Part shown: positions 16,695 through 26,343 of the stretch, in pieces | Layout: each line of letters opens with the position of its first letter | Numbering within the stretch: position 1 is the first letter of the stretch | Origin: Candidatus Peregrinibacteria bacterium | GTDB lineage: Bacteria > Patescibacteriota > Gracilibacteria > UBA1369 > LOWO2-01-FULL-3 | NCBI GenBank assembly: GCA_016186245.1 | Contig: JACPLZ010000011.1 | Coordinates: forward strand, 1-46,968 | Direction of reading: 5' to 3' | Length of the DNA: 46,968 nucleotides | Position numbers and translations under genes: made by a program | The notes under the pieces: model-generated | The model's input: only the letters and a program-made list of their open reading frames with translations | Databases searched by the model: none | What the model was told of the DNA's origin: nothing

Positions 16695-18221
16695 ATGGCA
16701 AATAAAGTTTTTTCCTGTGCTTTCACGGGACTGGATTGCCGCATCGTGGAAGTGGAAGCGGATATTTCGAGCGGAATGCCAAATTTCTCAATTGTTGGAC
16801 TGGGTGACACTTCGGTACAGGAATCCCGCGAACGTGTCCGCAGCAGCATCAAAAATAGCGGCGCAACCTTTCCGCCAACCCGGAAAACGGTAAATCTTGC
16901 TCCAGCGGAAATCCGCAAGCAGGGGAGTCATTTCGACCTTCCGATAGCTGCAAGCATTCTGCTCGCCAGCGGGCAAATCAAAGGCGGACCTCTTGAAAAT
17001 TCTCTTATCGTCGGTGAACTGTCTCTCGATGGAAACATTAAAGGCATTCACGGTATTTTGCCTATCACACAGCATGCAAAAGAACAGGGATTTTCCAGGA
17101 TTTTTCTGCCTGAAGTGAACGCCGGTGAAGCAGGTTTTATCGACAACATCGCCATTTACCCGCTTAATAATCTCCGGCAGTTTATTGATTATTGCAATTC
17201 TGGGATCAAAATTTGCGAATATGCGCGCGGAGAAAATGACATGCGGAATATTGGCGGCCAGGAACAATCAGACTACTCATTGTCGCAAATTATCGGATTG
17301 CACAGGGAAAAACGGGCGCTCGCCATTGCCGCTGCCGGCGGACATAATATCATTCTTGATGGGCCGCCGGGCACAGGCAAGACAATTTTAGCAAGGGCAT
17401 TCGCAGGTCTTTTGCCCCCGATGTCGCGCGATGAAATCCTCGAAACTACCAAAGTTTTTTCAATTGCGGGCATGATCGATCATAAAAATCCGCTTATAAC
17501 ACGCCGCCCTTTTCGGGAAGTGCATCATACGGCATCGGCTGTATCCATTATCGGGGGCGGAGATAAAAATCCCCGTCCGGGAGAGATCAGTCTGGCCCAT
17601 AACGGCGTTTTATTTTTTGACGAAATCCCGGAATTCCCGACAAAAATTTTGGAATGTCTGCGTCAGCCTCTTGAGGACAAATTTATCAACATCACCCGCG
17701 CAAATTTTTCAATTAAATTTCCAAGCAATTTTGTTTTTATAGCCACAATGAACCCATGTCATTGCGGCTATCGCAACGATCCTAAAATAAAATGCATTTG
17801 CAGCGATTATAATGTTTTGAATTATCGCAGGAAACTGTCAGGGCCGATCCTTGACCGGATAGATATTCTGCTCCAGGTACCCCTGGTTTCCATGAAGAAT
17901 ATTTTTGATGAAAACAGCATTGATGGGCAAAAAATGATTATCGGAAAAATCGCTATCGCCAGGCAAATTCAACTGGAAAGATTTAAGAACGACATCAGAA
18001 TCAGAAAAAATGCGGACATGCAGATAGAGCAGATTAAAAAATATTGCCAGCTTGGTCAGGAAAGCCAAAAAGCACTGGAGGAAGCACGCGAAAGGTTAAA
18101 TCTGTCGAATAGAGGATATATCAGAAGCATCAGGATTGCCCGCACCGTCGCAGACCTGGAATATTCGAGTAATATAAAAACCGAACACGTATTGGAGGCG
18201 CTGCAATTCCGTCATTCATGA
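16695..18221 (+). CDS. comM: YifB/ComM-family Mg-chelatase-like AAA+ ATPase
   Basis: Lon-like N-terminal domain (VEVDISSGMPNFSIVGL), Walker A (GPPGTGKT), Walker B (VLFFDEIPEF), and a C-terminal Mg-chelatase subunit ChlI-like region. Confidence 0.9.
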   Translation: MANKVFSCAFTGLDCRIVEVEADISSGMPNFSIVGLGDTSVQESRERVRSSIKNSGATFPPTRKTVNLAPAEIRKQGSHFDLPIAASILLASGQIKGGPLENSLIVGELSLDGNIKGIHGILPITQHAKEQGFSRIFLPEVNAGEAGFIDNIAIYPLNNLRQFIDYCNSGIKICEYARGENDMRNIGGQEQSDYSLSQIIGLHREKRALAIAAAGGHNIILDGPPGTGKTILARAFAGLLPPMSRDEILETTKVFSIAGMIDHKNPLITRRPFREVHHTASAVSIIGGGDKNPRPGEISLAHNGVLFFDEIPEFPTKILECLRQPLEDKFINITRANFSIKFPSNFVFIATMNPCHCGYRNDPKIKCICSDYNVLNYRRKLSGPILDRIDILLQVPLVSMKNIFDENSIDGQKMIIGKIAIARQIQLERFKNDIRIRKNADMQIEQIKKYCQLGQESQKALEEARERLNLSNRGYIRSIRIARTVADLEYSSNIKTEHVLEALQFRHS

Positions 18222-18342
18222 TAATCTTTTAGAATTGTACACTGCGGCGTCAGCTGCACCATTTTCTATTCGCTGTACCGGTAAGTACAGCTCGGTCGAA
18301 AATGGCTTGCTTTCTTGCATTGCAGTAATTCTAAAAGATTAT
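18221..18342. repeat. Long imperfect palindrome C (122 bp) with 16-bp perfect terminal arms
   Basis: ATAATCTTTTAGAATT (18221-18236) pairs with AATTCTAAAAGATTAT (18327-18342). Inner paired blocks are ACTGC, CCATTTTC/GAAAATGG and GCTGTAC/GTACAGC, with loop CGGTAA. It starts at the last base of the comM stop codon. Confidence 0.85.
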
Positions 18343-18351
18343 CCAATTGAA

Positions 18352-18366
18352 TGATATAATCCGCCC
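18352..18366 (+). promoter_or_regulatory. Candidate extended -10 (TGATATAAT) placed 6 nt upstream of the Nudix ATG (leaderless geometry)
   Basis: TGATATAAT-CCGCCC-ATG. The hexamer is at 18355-18360 and the ATG at 18367. Confidence 0.5.
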
Positions 18367-18909
18367 ATGACCGAGTGTTTTCGAATTTACGATTCCAATG
18401 GAAAACCGCAATCTACGTTAAAACCGCGTAATCAGGTACATGCGGATGGCGACTGGCATCGTGCCGTGGAAACATGGATTCTTAATTCAAAAAATGAATT
18501 GCTGATCCAAAAACGCGCCTCCGGTAAAGATTCCTTTCCCGACAAATGGGACGCCTCCTGCGCCGGACACATTGATGGGGATGAGGAAAGCATAAATACC
18601 GCCATCCGCGAGCTCAAAGAAGAACTTGGCCTCGAGATTAACGCAAGCGAGTTGCAATATCTTTTTGAAACCCGTGAAACAAATGTCACCAATAACGGGA
18701 GATTCATTGATAACGAAATCAAAGACATCTATTTGCTGGAACAAGACATTGATATAAATGATCTGAATCTTCAGGCTGAAGAAGTATCCACGGTACGATT
18801 TATCCATTTTCAAGACCTGGAAAAAATGATACAAGAAAACAGCGGTGATTTTGTCCCGCATAAAAATACTTACGCCGGATTATTTGCGTTTATCCGCCAA
18901 CATGCATAA
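18367..18909 (+). CDS. NUDIX hydrolase
   Basis: Nudix box GHIDGDEESINTAIRELKEELGL (Gx5Ex7REUxEExGU). Length 180 aa. Confidence 0.85.
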   Translation: MTECFRIYDSNGKPQSTLKPRNQVHADGDWHRAVETWILNSKNELLIQKRASGKDSFPDKWDASCAGHIDGDEESINTAIRELKEELGLEINASELQYLFETRETNVTNNGRFIDNEIKDIYLLEQDIDINDLNLQAEEVSTVRFIHFQDLEKMIQENSGDFVPHKNTYAGLFAFIRQHA

Positions 18910-20557
18910 AAACTGCCGGAACTGTCTGCAAAAATTCTCCATCTCCCAAAAGGATTTGGATTTCTATAAAAAACTCAATATCACCGGGCCAACTTTTTGC
19001 CCTGATTGCCGCCAACAAAGGCGTCTTATGTGGCGAAATGAACGCACGCTCTATAGGCGCAAATGCGATGGTACCGGCAAGGAAATTATTTCCGTATATT
19101 CTGCCGACAAGCCTTTTCCTGTATATGAAAATGAATACTGGTATTCCGATAAATGGGACGCTCTCGACCACGGACGCGATTTCGATTTTAGCAGGCCGTT
19201 CTTTGAGCAATTTTCCGAATTGATGAATGTGGTGCCTCAATTAGCCCGTTCTGCGGTGCAAAACCTAAATTGTGATTTCACCAATCAGGTTGGCTGGTGT
19301 AAGAACTGCTACCTCATTTTTGAAGCTGATTTCAATGAAAATTGTTACTATTCAAATAACATTTATGAATCACGTTTTACGATGGACAGCCTTATGGTCG
19401 TAAATTGCGAACTTTGCCATGAATGCGTTGATTGTTACGACTGCTACAATCTTAAATTTTCCCAGAATTGTAAAAATTGCTCCGATTCCTGGTTCCTAAA
19501 AAGCTGTATTGGCTGCCATAATTGCTATGGCTGTATAAATCTGCGCAACAAAGAATATTATTTTCTGAATGAAAAATATTCCAAGGATGAATATGAAAAA
19601 AAGATCGCGGCCTTAAATTTGAGCACCACAGAACAACTGGAAAAAGCCCGCCTGAATTTTTTGGAGTACTGCAAAAAATTTCCCCACAAATACATGGAAG
19701 GCAATCAAAACGAAGATTGCACCGGAAATTACATGTCCAATAATCAGCGTTGTTATGACTGTTTCGACATCAACAATTGTCAGGATTGCAGATATATTTT
19801 CAATTCCCGATATATGAAAGACTGCTGCGATGTTACTGTTTTTGGCTCCCGCGAGGGAGCCGAACTTTGCTATGAAGTGCATGAAACCGGCGCTGCCACC
19901 CGAAATATCATCGGCAGCGATCAGATATGGAGCGACTGCTACGATATTTTTTATTCCAAACTTTGTCTATTTAACAGTCATCATCTTTTTGGATGCGCGG
20001 GACTGAAAAAACAGAGTTACTGCATCTTCAACAAAAAATATTCACCGGAGAAATATGAAGAATTAAAAAACAAGATAGTAGATCATATGAAAAAAACCGG
20101 CGAATGGGGAGAATTTTTTCCGGCTACAATATGTCCTTACGGCTACAACGAAACTGTGGCAAATGACTGGTTTCCTCTGACAAAAAAAGAAGCCAAAGAC
20201 AAAGGTTACAAATGGAAAGACGCCGATCCTAGAGAATACAAACCGCAGACATATAAAATTCCGGTAAAAATAGAGGAAGTTTCCGATGCAATTGTTGATG
20301 AAATTTTGGCCTGCGGAGAGTGTGGAAAAAATTATAAAGTAATTATGGAGGAACTAAAGCTATATCGCCGACACAAACTGCCCATCCCTCAAAAATGTCC
20401 TGATTGCCGCCATAAAACCCGCTTTAACTTAAGAAATAAGCGCAATCTTTGTCAAAGAAATTGCAGGAAATGCAACGCCGAAATTATTACCACTTTCACT
20501 CCAGACCGCCAGGAGCCGGTGTATTGTGAAAAGTGCTATTTACAGACGGTCAATTAA
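18902..20557 (+). CDS. Cysteine-rich protein flanked by zinc-ribbon modules (fused paralogue of 441-1418 plus 133-423)
   Basis: N-terminal module: CRNC...CPDCRQQRR. Core: CELCHECVDCYDC...NCKNC...CIGCHNCYGC, plus two N-x-KYS-x-[DE]-[EK]Y helices. C-terminal module: CGEC...CPDCRHKTR...CRKC-(17 aa)-CEKC. The ORF-track start at 18845 is GTG. The ATG at 18902 (MHKNCRNC) overlaps the Nudix stop by 8 nt. Confidence 0.85.
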   Translation: MHKNCRNCLQKFSISQKDLDFYKKLNITGPTFCPDCRQQRRLMWRNERTLYRRKCDGTGKEIISVYSADKPFPVYENEYWYSDKWDALDHGRDFDFSRPFFEQFSELMNVVPQLARSAVQNLNCDFTNQVGWCKNCYLIFEADFNENCYYSNNIYESRFTMDSLMVVNCELCHECVDCYDCYNLKFSQNCKNCSDSWFLKSCIGCHNCYGCINLRNKEYYFLNEKYSKDEYEKKIAALNLSTTEQLEKARLNFLEYCKKFPHKYMEGNQNEDCTGNYMSNNQRCYDCFDINNCQDCRYIFNSRYMKDCCDVTVFGSREGAELCYEVHETGAATRNIIGSDQIWSDCYDIFYSKLCLFNSHHLFGCAGLKKQSYCIFNKKYSPEKYEELKNKIVDHMKKTGEWGEFFPATICPYGYNETVANDWFPLTKKEAKDKGYKWKDADPREYKPQTYKIPVKIEEVSDAIVDEILACGECGKNYKVIMEELKLYRRHKLPIPQKCPDCRHKTRFNLRNKRNLCQRNCRKCNAEIITTFTPDRQEPVYCEKCYLQTVN

Positions 20558-20562
20558 TTGTC

Positions 20563-23319
20563 TTAAATCAGATTCTTTTCTATTTCCTCGCACTGTATCG
20601 GTGTCAGATCATCGCCGGTATCATCATAATGCATTAAATTTCCCGGCTGATCGGCACCCTGATCATGCGCATGCGCATGGGGCTGGTCTTTATTTACCCC
20701 TTTACTTAACTGATGTGCCAGCTCATGTGCCAGTGTCCTATTGTCATGATCGGTGCTTTCGTCAACAGTCACACCATCAGTGGGATCATTCCATGACGCG
20801 CCCATGGTGTCATCATCCAGTTTGGGCACGTAATAAACCGGAATGCAGTTGCCGGACGGCGGATGCCTGTTAACCATTTCATCGAGTTCCGAATTCAGAT
20901 CAACATCTCCATCTCCGTTTGTATCCACGTCATTAAAATCCTGCGCCGTAAGATGCTCTATCGCATGTATGGCAATATCCAAAAAGAAATTGCAATCGCA
21001 CTGCTGCGCGTTTTTGGAAAAAATCTGCATCGCCGTAACGACATCGGTGCTCACGGTAACATCTGTGGCATCGCTGCCTTCAAAAATAAACACATCTACG
21101 CAGACGGATTTCCACGGTTTTACCTTGTACCACCACTTCCAGAATTCCTCGAAAATATCCCACATTTCTTCATCCGATTTATTCTCGCCGTCTGTATTTT
21201 TTATAACCGCATCCTGCACGTAAATAACTCCATCTCCGATTGAAGCAGCATTAAACAGCAGATCTCCCGCACGAATGGTCTCCGGCACGGTTGAAGCGGT
21301 ATTTTTTATAATTCCCTGAATGGAAATCATGCCATTTGCAGAATTCACACCCTTTATAAGTGGCGTGCCAAAGGCATCTCCCGGTATGGGATCCTCAATA
21401 TCCACAAACTGCAGCAGTTTATTTGATGGCATAAGATTGAAAGAAAATTCTCCCAGCTTTCCTTTATTTTTTGGAAAATAAATATACATCGGAACGGAAA
21501 ATTGCCCGGATTCTTCTTCCACCGCCTTTGGGAAATTCAGTTGTATCGGCAAAAACGCAACCTGGACCGTTTCTCCCAGGCTTATTCCGGAAGAAGTTGT
21601 TATCGTTACGTCGGAAACTCCCCAATCGCTTGCCGTCAGCTCAATTGTAAAGATACCGTTTTCATTATGTGAAATTTCAACCGATCCCATCGTAGCAACT
21701 GCCGAAAGATTATTATTCACCGAAGAATACGGCAGAACATTCCCATATTTATCCACTCCGGCAACTTCGATGATTGCGCGGTCAGGTCTGTCATTTTCAT
21801 AATCATAATTTACATTTTTCACTTTTACATCAGCAAATCGCGCAGGCTCGACATACACCATCGCCGCATTTTTGACATTCGTTGTTTCATCCGTAACCGA
21901 TAAAGTGAAATACCCGGATTTATCCGAATCAAAAACGGTTGAAAAACCGCCGTCTGCATTTGCGGTAAGATTCACATATTTTACAAAATCCCGTCCCGTG
22001 GAAATTTTCACCTGCGGCAGGATTGTTGGCGAAACCGGATCCCCATATTCATTTACAAAATCAACATCTACATATGTGCTGCCTCCCGCTGTAAAATTTT
22101 CCAAACCGCTTATCTCAATGTGATCGATATTGCCGCCATTTCCGGAAAAAACAGTGTCATTTGGACACTCCTGGGAAATTATATTGTTTGAAAGAATGTT
22201 TTCATAGCAGACCGTACAGCCGTTATCCCGTCCGATGCAATATGGCTCATCGGTTGAAATTGGTGTCTCCGATCCAACGGTGATTTTTACGTGATCCACA
22301 TAGCAGAGTATTTCTTCGTAATCGGAAGTGTCGGAAATACCTTCCGGCAGGTACCAGCAGGCAACATCAAACTGCTCCCGCATTAAATCGTCAAAATAGA
22401 CCATATTGTTTTTTTGCTCTTCTTTATGGCAAAACATCAGGCCAAAGCCATCAGCGTCATATCCGGTAATATCAATACCGCTCAAAACCTCTTCCACCCT
22501 TTCCCAGAAATCACCTTCATCGGAAAAATAGCAGAAGTTTTGGTCAAAATAAGTTTCATCAATCGGATTAAAATCACTTGTCTCGTAAAATGCTCCCGTA
22601 TTTCCAAACGGCCCGCCAGGCCCAAACAATCCTCCCGGCGCCAACGCCCCGTCATGGGGAATTTCATAATATTCAAACAATTCATCAGTCATATCCGCAT
22701 CAAAAGATTCAATATTTAAAACATCAATTTGTTTATTTCGATAAATCATTTCCGCGATATCCCCGCGATCCATTATCGCTCCGGCATCATTTTCGGCCAT
22801 AATTCCGCGCTTGGAGGCTAACTCAAAATATGGCTGATACCACTGTTCATTTTCTTCTTTTTCTCTCAAACTCCAGCCCTCCAATTCTCCAAGAATTTTC
22901 AGTGATTCCACTTGGTTTATAATTTGGTCCGGTTTAAATGTGCCATCAGGATAGCCGTTTACAATGCCTTCGGATTTCGCCTGGCATACGTAAGTTGAAT
23001 ACCACGCATCCGGCGGCACGTCCGGAAAACATTTTTCATAATTTTGCCCGGTTGCAACTCCGGTTCCTTCAAAAAGAAGTTTAAGAAATTCCGCACGGTT
23101 TATATTGTTTGAAGGACGATATTCGCGCAGACCATCGTTACTTTGATAGCCTTCTACAACGCCGGTGTTATAGAGAAAATAAATCGCGTCATAATTTTGA
23201 TTTTCCAGTTCAACATCGTTAAACATTGAATTTCTAACCTGCCCATAACCGCCTGCTGTCGGCACAGACATCGTCAAAAAGGCTAACGCTACAATAAAAA
23301 ACAGAATATATTTTTTCAT
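20563..23319 (-). CDS. Large secreted protein: N-terminal SLH domains, central beta-rich region, C-terminal HExxH metallopeptidase-like motif
   Basis: Signal peptide MKKYILFFIVALAFLTMSVPTAGG (ATG at 23319; the ORF track starts at 23349). SLH-like units FNDVELENQNYDAIYFLYNTGVVEGY and FPDVPPDAWYSTYVCQAKSEGIVNGYPDGTFKP. Ca-binding-like DTNGDGDVDLNSELD. C-terminal TLAHELAHQL...NLMHY. Confidence 0.75.
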   Translation of the reverse strand: MKKYILFFIVALAFLTMSVPTAGGYGQVRNSMFNDVELENQNYDAIYFLYNTGVVEGYQSNDGLREYRPSNNINRAEFLKLLFEGTGVATGQNYEKCFPDVPPDAWYSTYVCQAKSEGIVNGYPDGTFKPDQIINQVESLKILGELEGWSLREKEENEQWYQPYFELASKRGIMAENDAGAIMDRGDIAEMIYRNKQIDVLNIESFDADMTDELFEYYEIPHDGALAPGGLFGPGGPFGNTGAFYETSDFNPIDETYFDQNFCYFSDEGDFWERVEEVLSGIDITGYDADGFGLMFCHKEEQKNNMVYFDDLMREQFDVACWYLPEGISDTSDYEEILCYVDHVKITVGSETPISTDEPYCIGRDNGCTVCYENILSNNIISQECPNDTVFSGNGGNIDHIEISGLENFTAGGSTYVDVDFVNEYGDPVSPTILPQVKISTGRDFVKYVNLTANADGGFSTVFDSDKSGYFTLSVTDETTNVKNAAMVYVEPARFADVKVKNVNYDYENDRPDRAIIEVAGVDKYGNVLPYSSVNNNLSAVATMGSVEISHNENGIFTIELTASDWGVSDVTITTSSGISLGETVQVAFLPIQLNFPKAVEEESGQFSVPMYIYFPKNKGKLGEFSFNLMPSNKLLQFVDIEDPIPGDAFGTPLIKGVNSANGMISIQGIIKNTASTVPETIRAGDLLFNAASIGDGVIYVQDAVIKNTDGENKSDEEMWDIFEEFWKWWYKVKPWKSVCVDVFIFEGSDATDVTVSTDVVTAMQIFSKNAQQCDCNFFLDIAIHAIEHLTAQDFNDVDTNGDGDVDLNSELDEMVNRHPPSGNCIPVYYVPKLDDDTMGASWNDPTDGVTVDESTDHDNRTLAHELAHQLSKGVNKDQPHAHAHDQGADQPGNLMHYDDTGDDLTPIQCEEIEKNLI

Positions 23320-23355
23320 TTGAATGATGTTAGATTGTCCGGAGCTCATTCTGAC

Positions 23356-24069
23356 TCATTCTTTTTTTTCAGGCAAGCTCCATTTGGGGGAAGCAGCCGG
23401 ACGCGGGCGGGAGATCGTAAGATATTTTCCTTCGATTGGATAGAACCCGCTTATTTGATGGAAATTTCCGCCGGCTGAAATTAAAATATCCTCCGGTGTC
23501 TCGATATCAAGCCGGACGCGATTTCCAGTTTTAGCTTCGCCGCTTAAATCGACAAAAACGGGAAAAAACATATTTGAATCGGCGGGCAATTGTATTCCAA
23601 CTCCAGCAAATGTTAAATAACCGTCGTTTTTCCTGCCTTTTACATTATTGCCGTTTACATTGATGTAGCCGTTTTCCACGTCATCGACAGCTCCGCTTAT
23701 TTTGAATTTTAAATTTTTTATTTCGGTTGCGGTTTTTCCGGTTTTAAAATTTATTTTCATTATTTCGGCATTTTTTAATCCCGGAGCCGTAAAGGAATTT
23801 TCTGCATTTTGAGTGATGAAAAAAATAACATCCGCCTCGTTTTCTTTTTTGTCGACAAAATTATCGGCATTTTTTACAAAAGAAGATTTGATGGAAAATA
23901 AAGGAGATAAAGACTTTGCATCCGCCAAAGATTCTTTGGAACTGTGCAGCACGCTCGCAAAATATAATTTCCCCGCATTGGTATATGTCAGAGCCGATGC
24001 TGCCGTAATAAGCAGAATAAAAACCAGGTATCCCCTGAGAATTTTCACTATTGAATTGGCCCTGTTCAT
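23356..24069 (-). CDS. Membrane-anchored or secreted hypothetical protein (237 aa)
   Basis: N-terminal hydrophobic segment (YLVFILLITAASALTY). No motif recognised. It lies 6 nt upstream of the 928-aa SLH protein and is probably co-transcribed with it. Confidence 0.6.
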   Translation of the reverse strand: MNRANSIVKILRGYLVFILLITAASALTYTNAGKLYFASVLHSSKESLADAKSLSPLFSIKSSFVKNADNFVDKKENEADVIFFITQNAENSFTAPGLKNAEIMKINFKTGKTATEIKNLKFKISGAVDDVENGYINVNGNNVKGRKNDGYLTFAGVGIQLPADSNMFFPVFVDLSGEAKTGNRVRLDIETPEDILISAGGNFHQISGFYPIEGKYLTISRPRPAASPKWSLPEKKE

Positions 24070-24128
24070 TTTTATTTTTGTATGTTTTTTAATCTTTAGA
24101 TTATATCATTTTTAATCCGTCATAACAA

Positions 24129-24146
24129 TGCTATAATGCAGCCCAC
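24129..24146 (+). promoter_or_regulatory. Candidate extended -10 (TGCTATAAT) placed 9 nt upstream of the murA ATG
   Basis: TGCTATAAT-GCAGCCCAC-ATG. The hexamer is at 24132-24137. The leader would be absent or only a few nt long. Confidence 0.5.
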
Positions 24147-25400
24147 ATGCCGAAATTTATAGTTAATGGGGGAGGAAAACTTGCCGGAAACGTTACTGTA
24201 AGCGGTTCAAAAAACGCCGCTCTGCCGATCCTGTGCGCAGCGATGCTGACAGATGAAAAAAGTGTCCTTATGAATGTGCCGGACATCGAGGATGTTCATT
24301 CTATGATAAGAATTTTGGAGGAATTTGGAGCGGAAATTAAATTTGAAAAAAACACTGTAACCATCAATCCGGCAAAGTTAAAAGCGCACAGGCCCAATGA
24401 GAAATTGATAAAAAAAATGAGGGCGTCCATTTTGATTCTAGGCGCTTTGCTGCCGCGTCTGGGAGAAATAAAAATGGCCTTTCCCGGAGGCTGCGTTTTG
24501 GGAAAACGTTCGGTTTGGGCTCATGCGCACGCTTTCAAAAAACTCGGATGTAAAATCATGGATGAAAAAAATGGTCTCCATTTGCAGTGCAAAAAACTGC
24601 GCGGAGCGAAAATAATTCTGCCGGAACTAAGCGTTACCGCAACTGAAAATGCCATCATGGCGGCTGTGCTTGCCGCCGGCAAAACAGAAATCCATCTTGC
24701 CGCAGCTGAGCCTCACGTGCAGGATCTGTGCCATTTCATTAATAAGATGGGAGCGCGGATTTCCGGTATCGGCAGCAATATCTTAACCATCAATGGCGTA
24801 AAAAAACTCAATGGCGCCGAACACGGAATAACCGGAGATTACCTTGAGGCAGGCACATTTGCGATCGCTGCTGTCGCCACCGGCAGCAAATTAAACATAA
24901 ATGGAATTAATCCGGAGCATCTCGATGTCTTTTGGCAGAAGCTGGAGGAAATGGGAGTAAAAATCAGTTATGGGAAAGACTATATTACGGTTTTTCCGGC
25001 AAAAGAATTAAGGGCTATAGGACAGGTGAAAACAGCAATATATCCTGGTTTTCCAACTGATTTGCAGGCGCCTTTTGCCGTGCTGCTCACCCAGGCAAAA
25101 GGAGTTAGTAAAATTTTCGAGACTTTATTTGAAGGACGTTTAAATTACCTTTTTGAATTGGAAAAAATGGGTGCCCGGGTTGAGCTCATAAATCCGCATC
25201 AGGCTTTAATTATCGGCCCAAATGAGCTTACGGGAATGGCCATCTCAAGCTGGGATATCCGCGCCGGCGCGGCAATGGTAATAGCGGCAATGATAGCCAA
25301 AGGAACCACTGAAATTTCCAATATTGCCTACATTGATCGCGGTTACGAAAACCTGGATAAAAAACTCCGCTCCATAGGCGCGGAAATTAAGAGGGTCTAA
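24147..25400 (+). CDS. murA: UDP-N-acetylglucosamine 1-carboxyvinyltransferase
   Basis: GSKNAALPILCAAML and the active-site loop FPGGCVLGKRSV. Length 417 aa. Confidence 0.95.
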   Translation: MPKFIVNGGGKLAGNVTVSGSKNAALPILCAAMLTDEKSVLMNVPDIEDVHSMIRILEEFGAEIKFEKNTVTINPAKLKAHRPNEKLIKKMRASILILGALLPRLGEIKMAFPGGCVLGKRSVWAHAHAFKKLGCKIMDEKNGLHLQCKKLRGAKIILPELSVTATENAIMAAVLAAGKTEIHLAAAEPHVQDLCHFINKMGARISGIGSNILTINGVKKLNGAEHGITGDYLEAGTFAIAAVATGSKLNINGINPEHLDVFWQKLEEMGVKISYGKDYITVFPAKELRAIGQVKTAIYPGFPTDLQAPFAVLLTQAKGVSKIFETLFEGRLNYLFELEKMGARVELINPHQALIIGPNELTGMAISSWDIRAGAAMVIAAMIAKGTTEISNIAYIDRGYENLDKKLRSIGAEIKRV

Positions 25401-25407
25401 GGGCACT

Positions 25408-26265
25408 CTAAAACTCAAACTCAATTCTTCCTTCCAGATCATTCCGGCGGATTGTTTTAACTCCGGCCAGTTTGAGTCTTTCCAGCGCTTCTTTGTGAGG
25501 ATGCCCATAGCGATTGTCTTCGCCGGACTGGATTACCGTAATTTCCGGCCTCACTTTTCCAAGTAATGACAATGTGGATGAAGTTTTACTGCCATGGTGG
25601 CCGGCTTTAAAAATATCCGCCTTTAAATTCACGCCGGATTCTACGAGCTGTTTTTCCGCTTCGGCTTCAAGATCGGCCGTCAGAAGAATAATGGTGTCTT
25701 TATATACGATTCGCACAGCAATTGCGGTATCGTTTACTTCTTCAAAAGCCTCCAGCAGCAGTTGATCAAAGGGATAAATAACATCAACCAATACTTGTCC
25801 AAAAGTAAAATCGGTTTCCGCATCAGCAACAAAAATTCCGGTATTTTGTGAAATAATTTCTCTTAATAATTCATCATAATATGAATTTTTATACTCCACG
25901 CCATTCAAAAGCACATTCTCCACATCGTATCTTTTCAAAACTTCCACAAGGCCACCAATGTGATCCTGTTGCGGATGAGTGGCAATCACCAAATCGATGG
26001 ATCGGTCAAAAAATGGCATTACTTCACTCAGCTCTTCAATCACTTTATTTCCAGGCCCGCCATCTATCAGAATTTGGTGATTTTCCGGAGTCCTGATAAA
26101 AATGCTGTCGCCCTGCCCAACGTTCAAAAACCATACATGCATACGGCCATCAGGCAGTTGCCAAAACATCAGTCCAAGGGCGCAAAATCCAGCCGCCAAA
26201 ATTCCCAAAATCCATCCTTTTATTTTTGCATTTACGGCAAACATAAATGCAACGGTAGCATGCAA
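25408..26265 (-). CDS. ComEC/Rec2-related metallo-beta-lactamase-domain protein (MBL domain only, single N-terminal TM)
   Basis: VGQGDSIFI, HPQQDHIGGL and AGHHGSKTSS. No multi-TM competence channel domain is present. The start at 26265 is TTG and the first in-frame ATG is at 26244. Confidence 0.8.
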   Translation of the reverse strand: MHATVAFMFAVNAKIKGWILGILAAGFCALGLMFWQLPDGRMHVWFLNVGQGDSIFIRTPENHQILIDGGPGNKVIEELSEVMPFFDRSIDLVIATHPQQDHIGGLVEVLKRYDVENVLLNGVEYKNSYYDELLREIISQNTGIFVADAETDFTFGQVLVDVIYPFDQLLLEAFEEVNDTAIAVRIVYKDTIILLTADLEAEAEKQLVESGVNLKADIFKAGHHGSKTSSTLSLLGKVRPEITVIQSGEDNRYGHPHKEALERLKLAGVKTIRRNDLEGRIEFEF

Positions 26266-26343
26266 TCATTAAATTTTTATAAAATCTTGCCATGTGGAAA
26301 AAAGTCATGGTTCGACAGGCTCACTATGACAATGACAGGCTCA

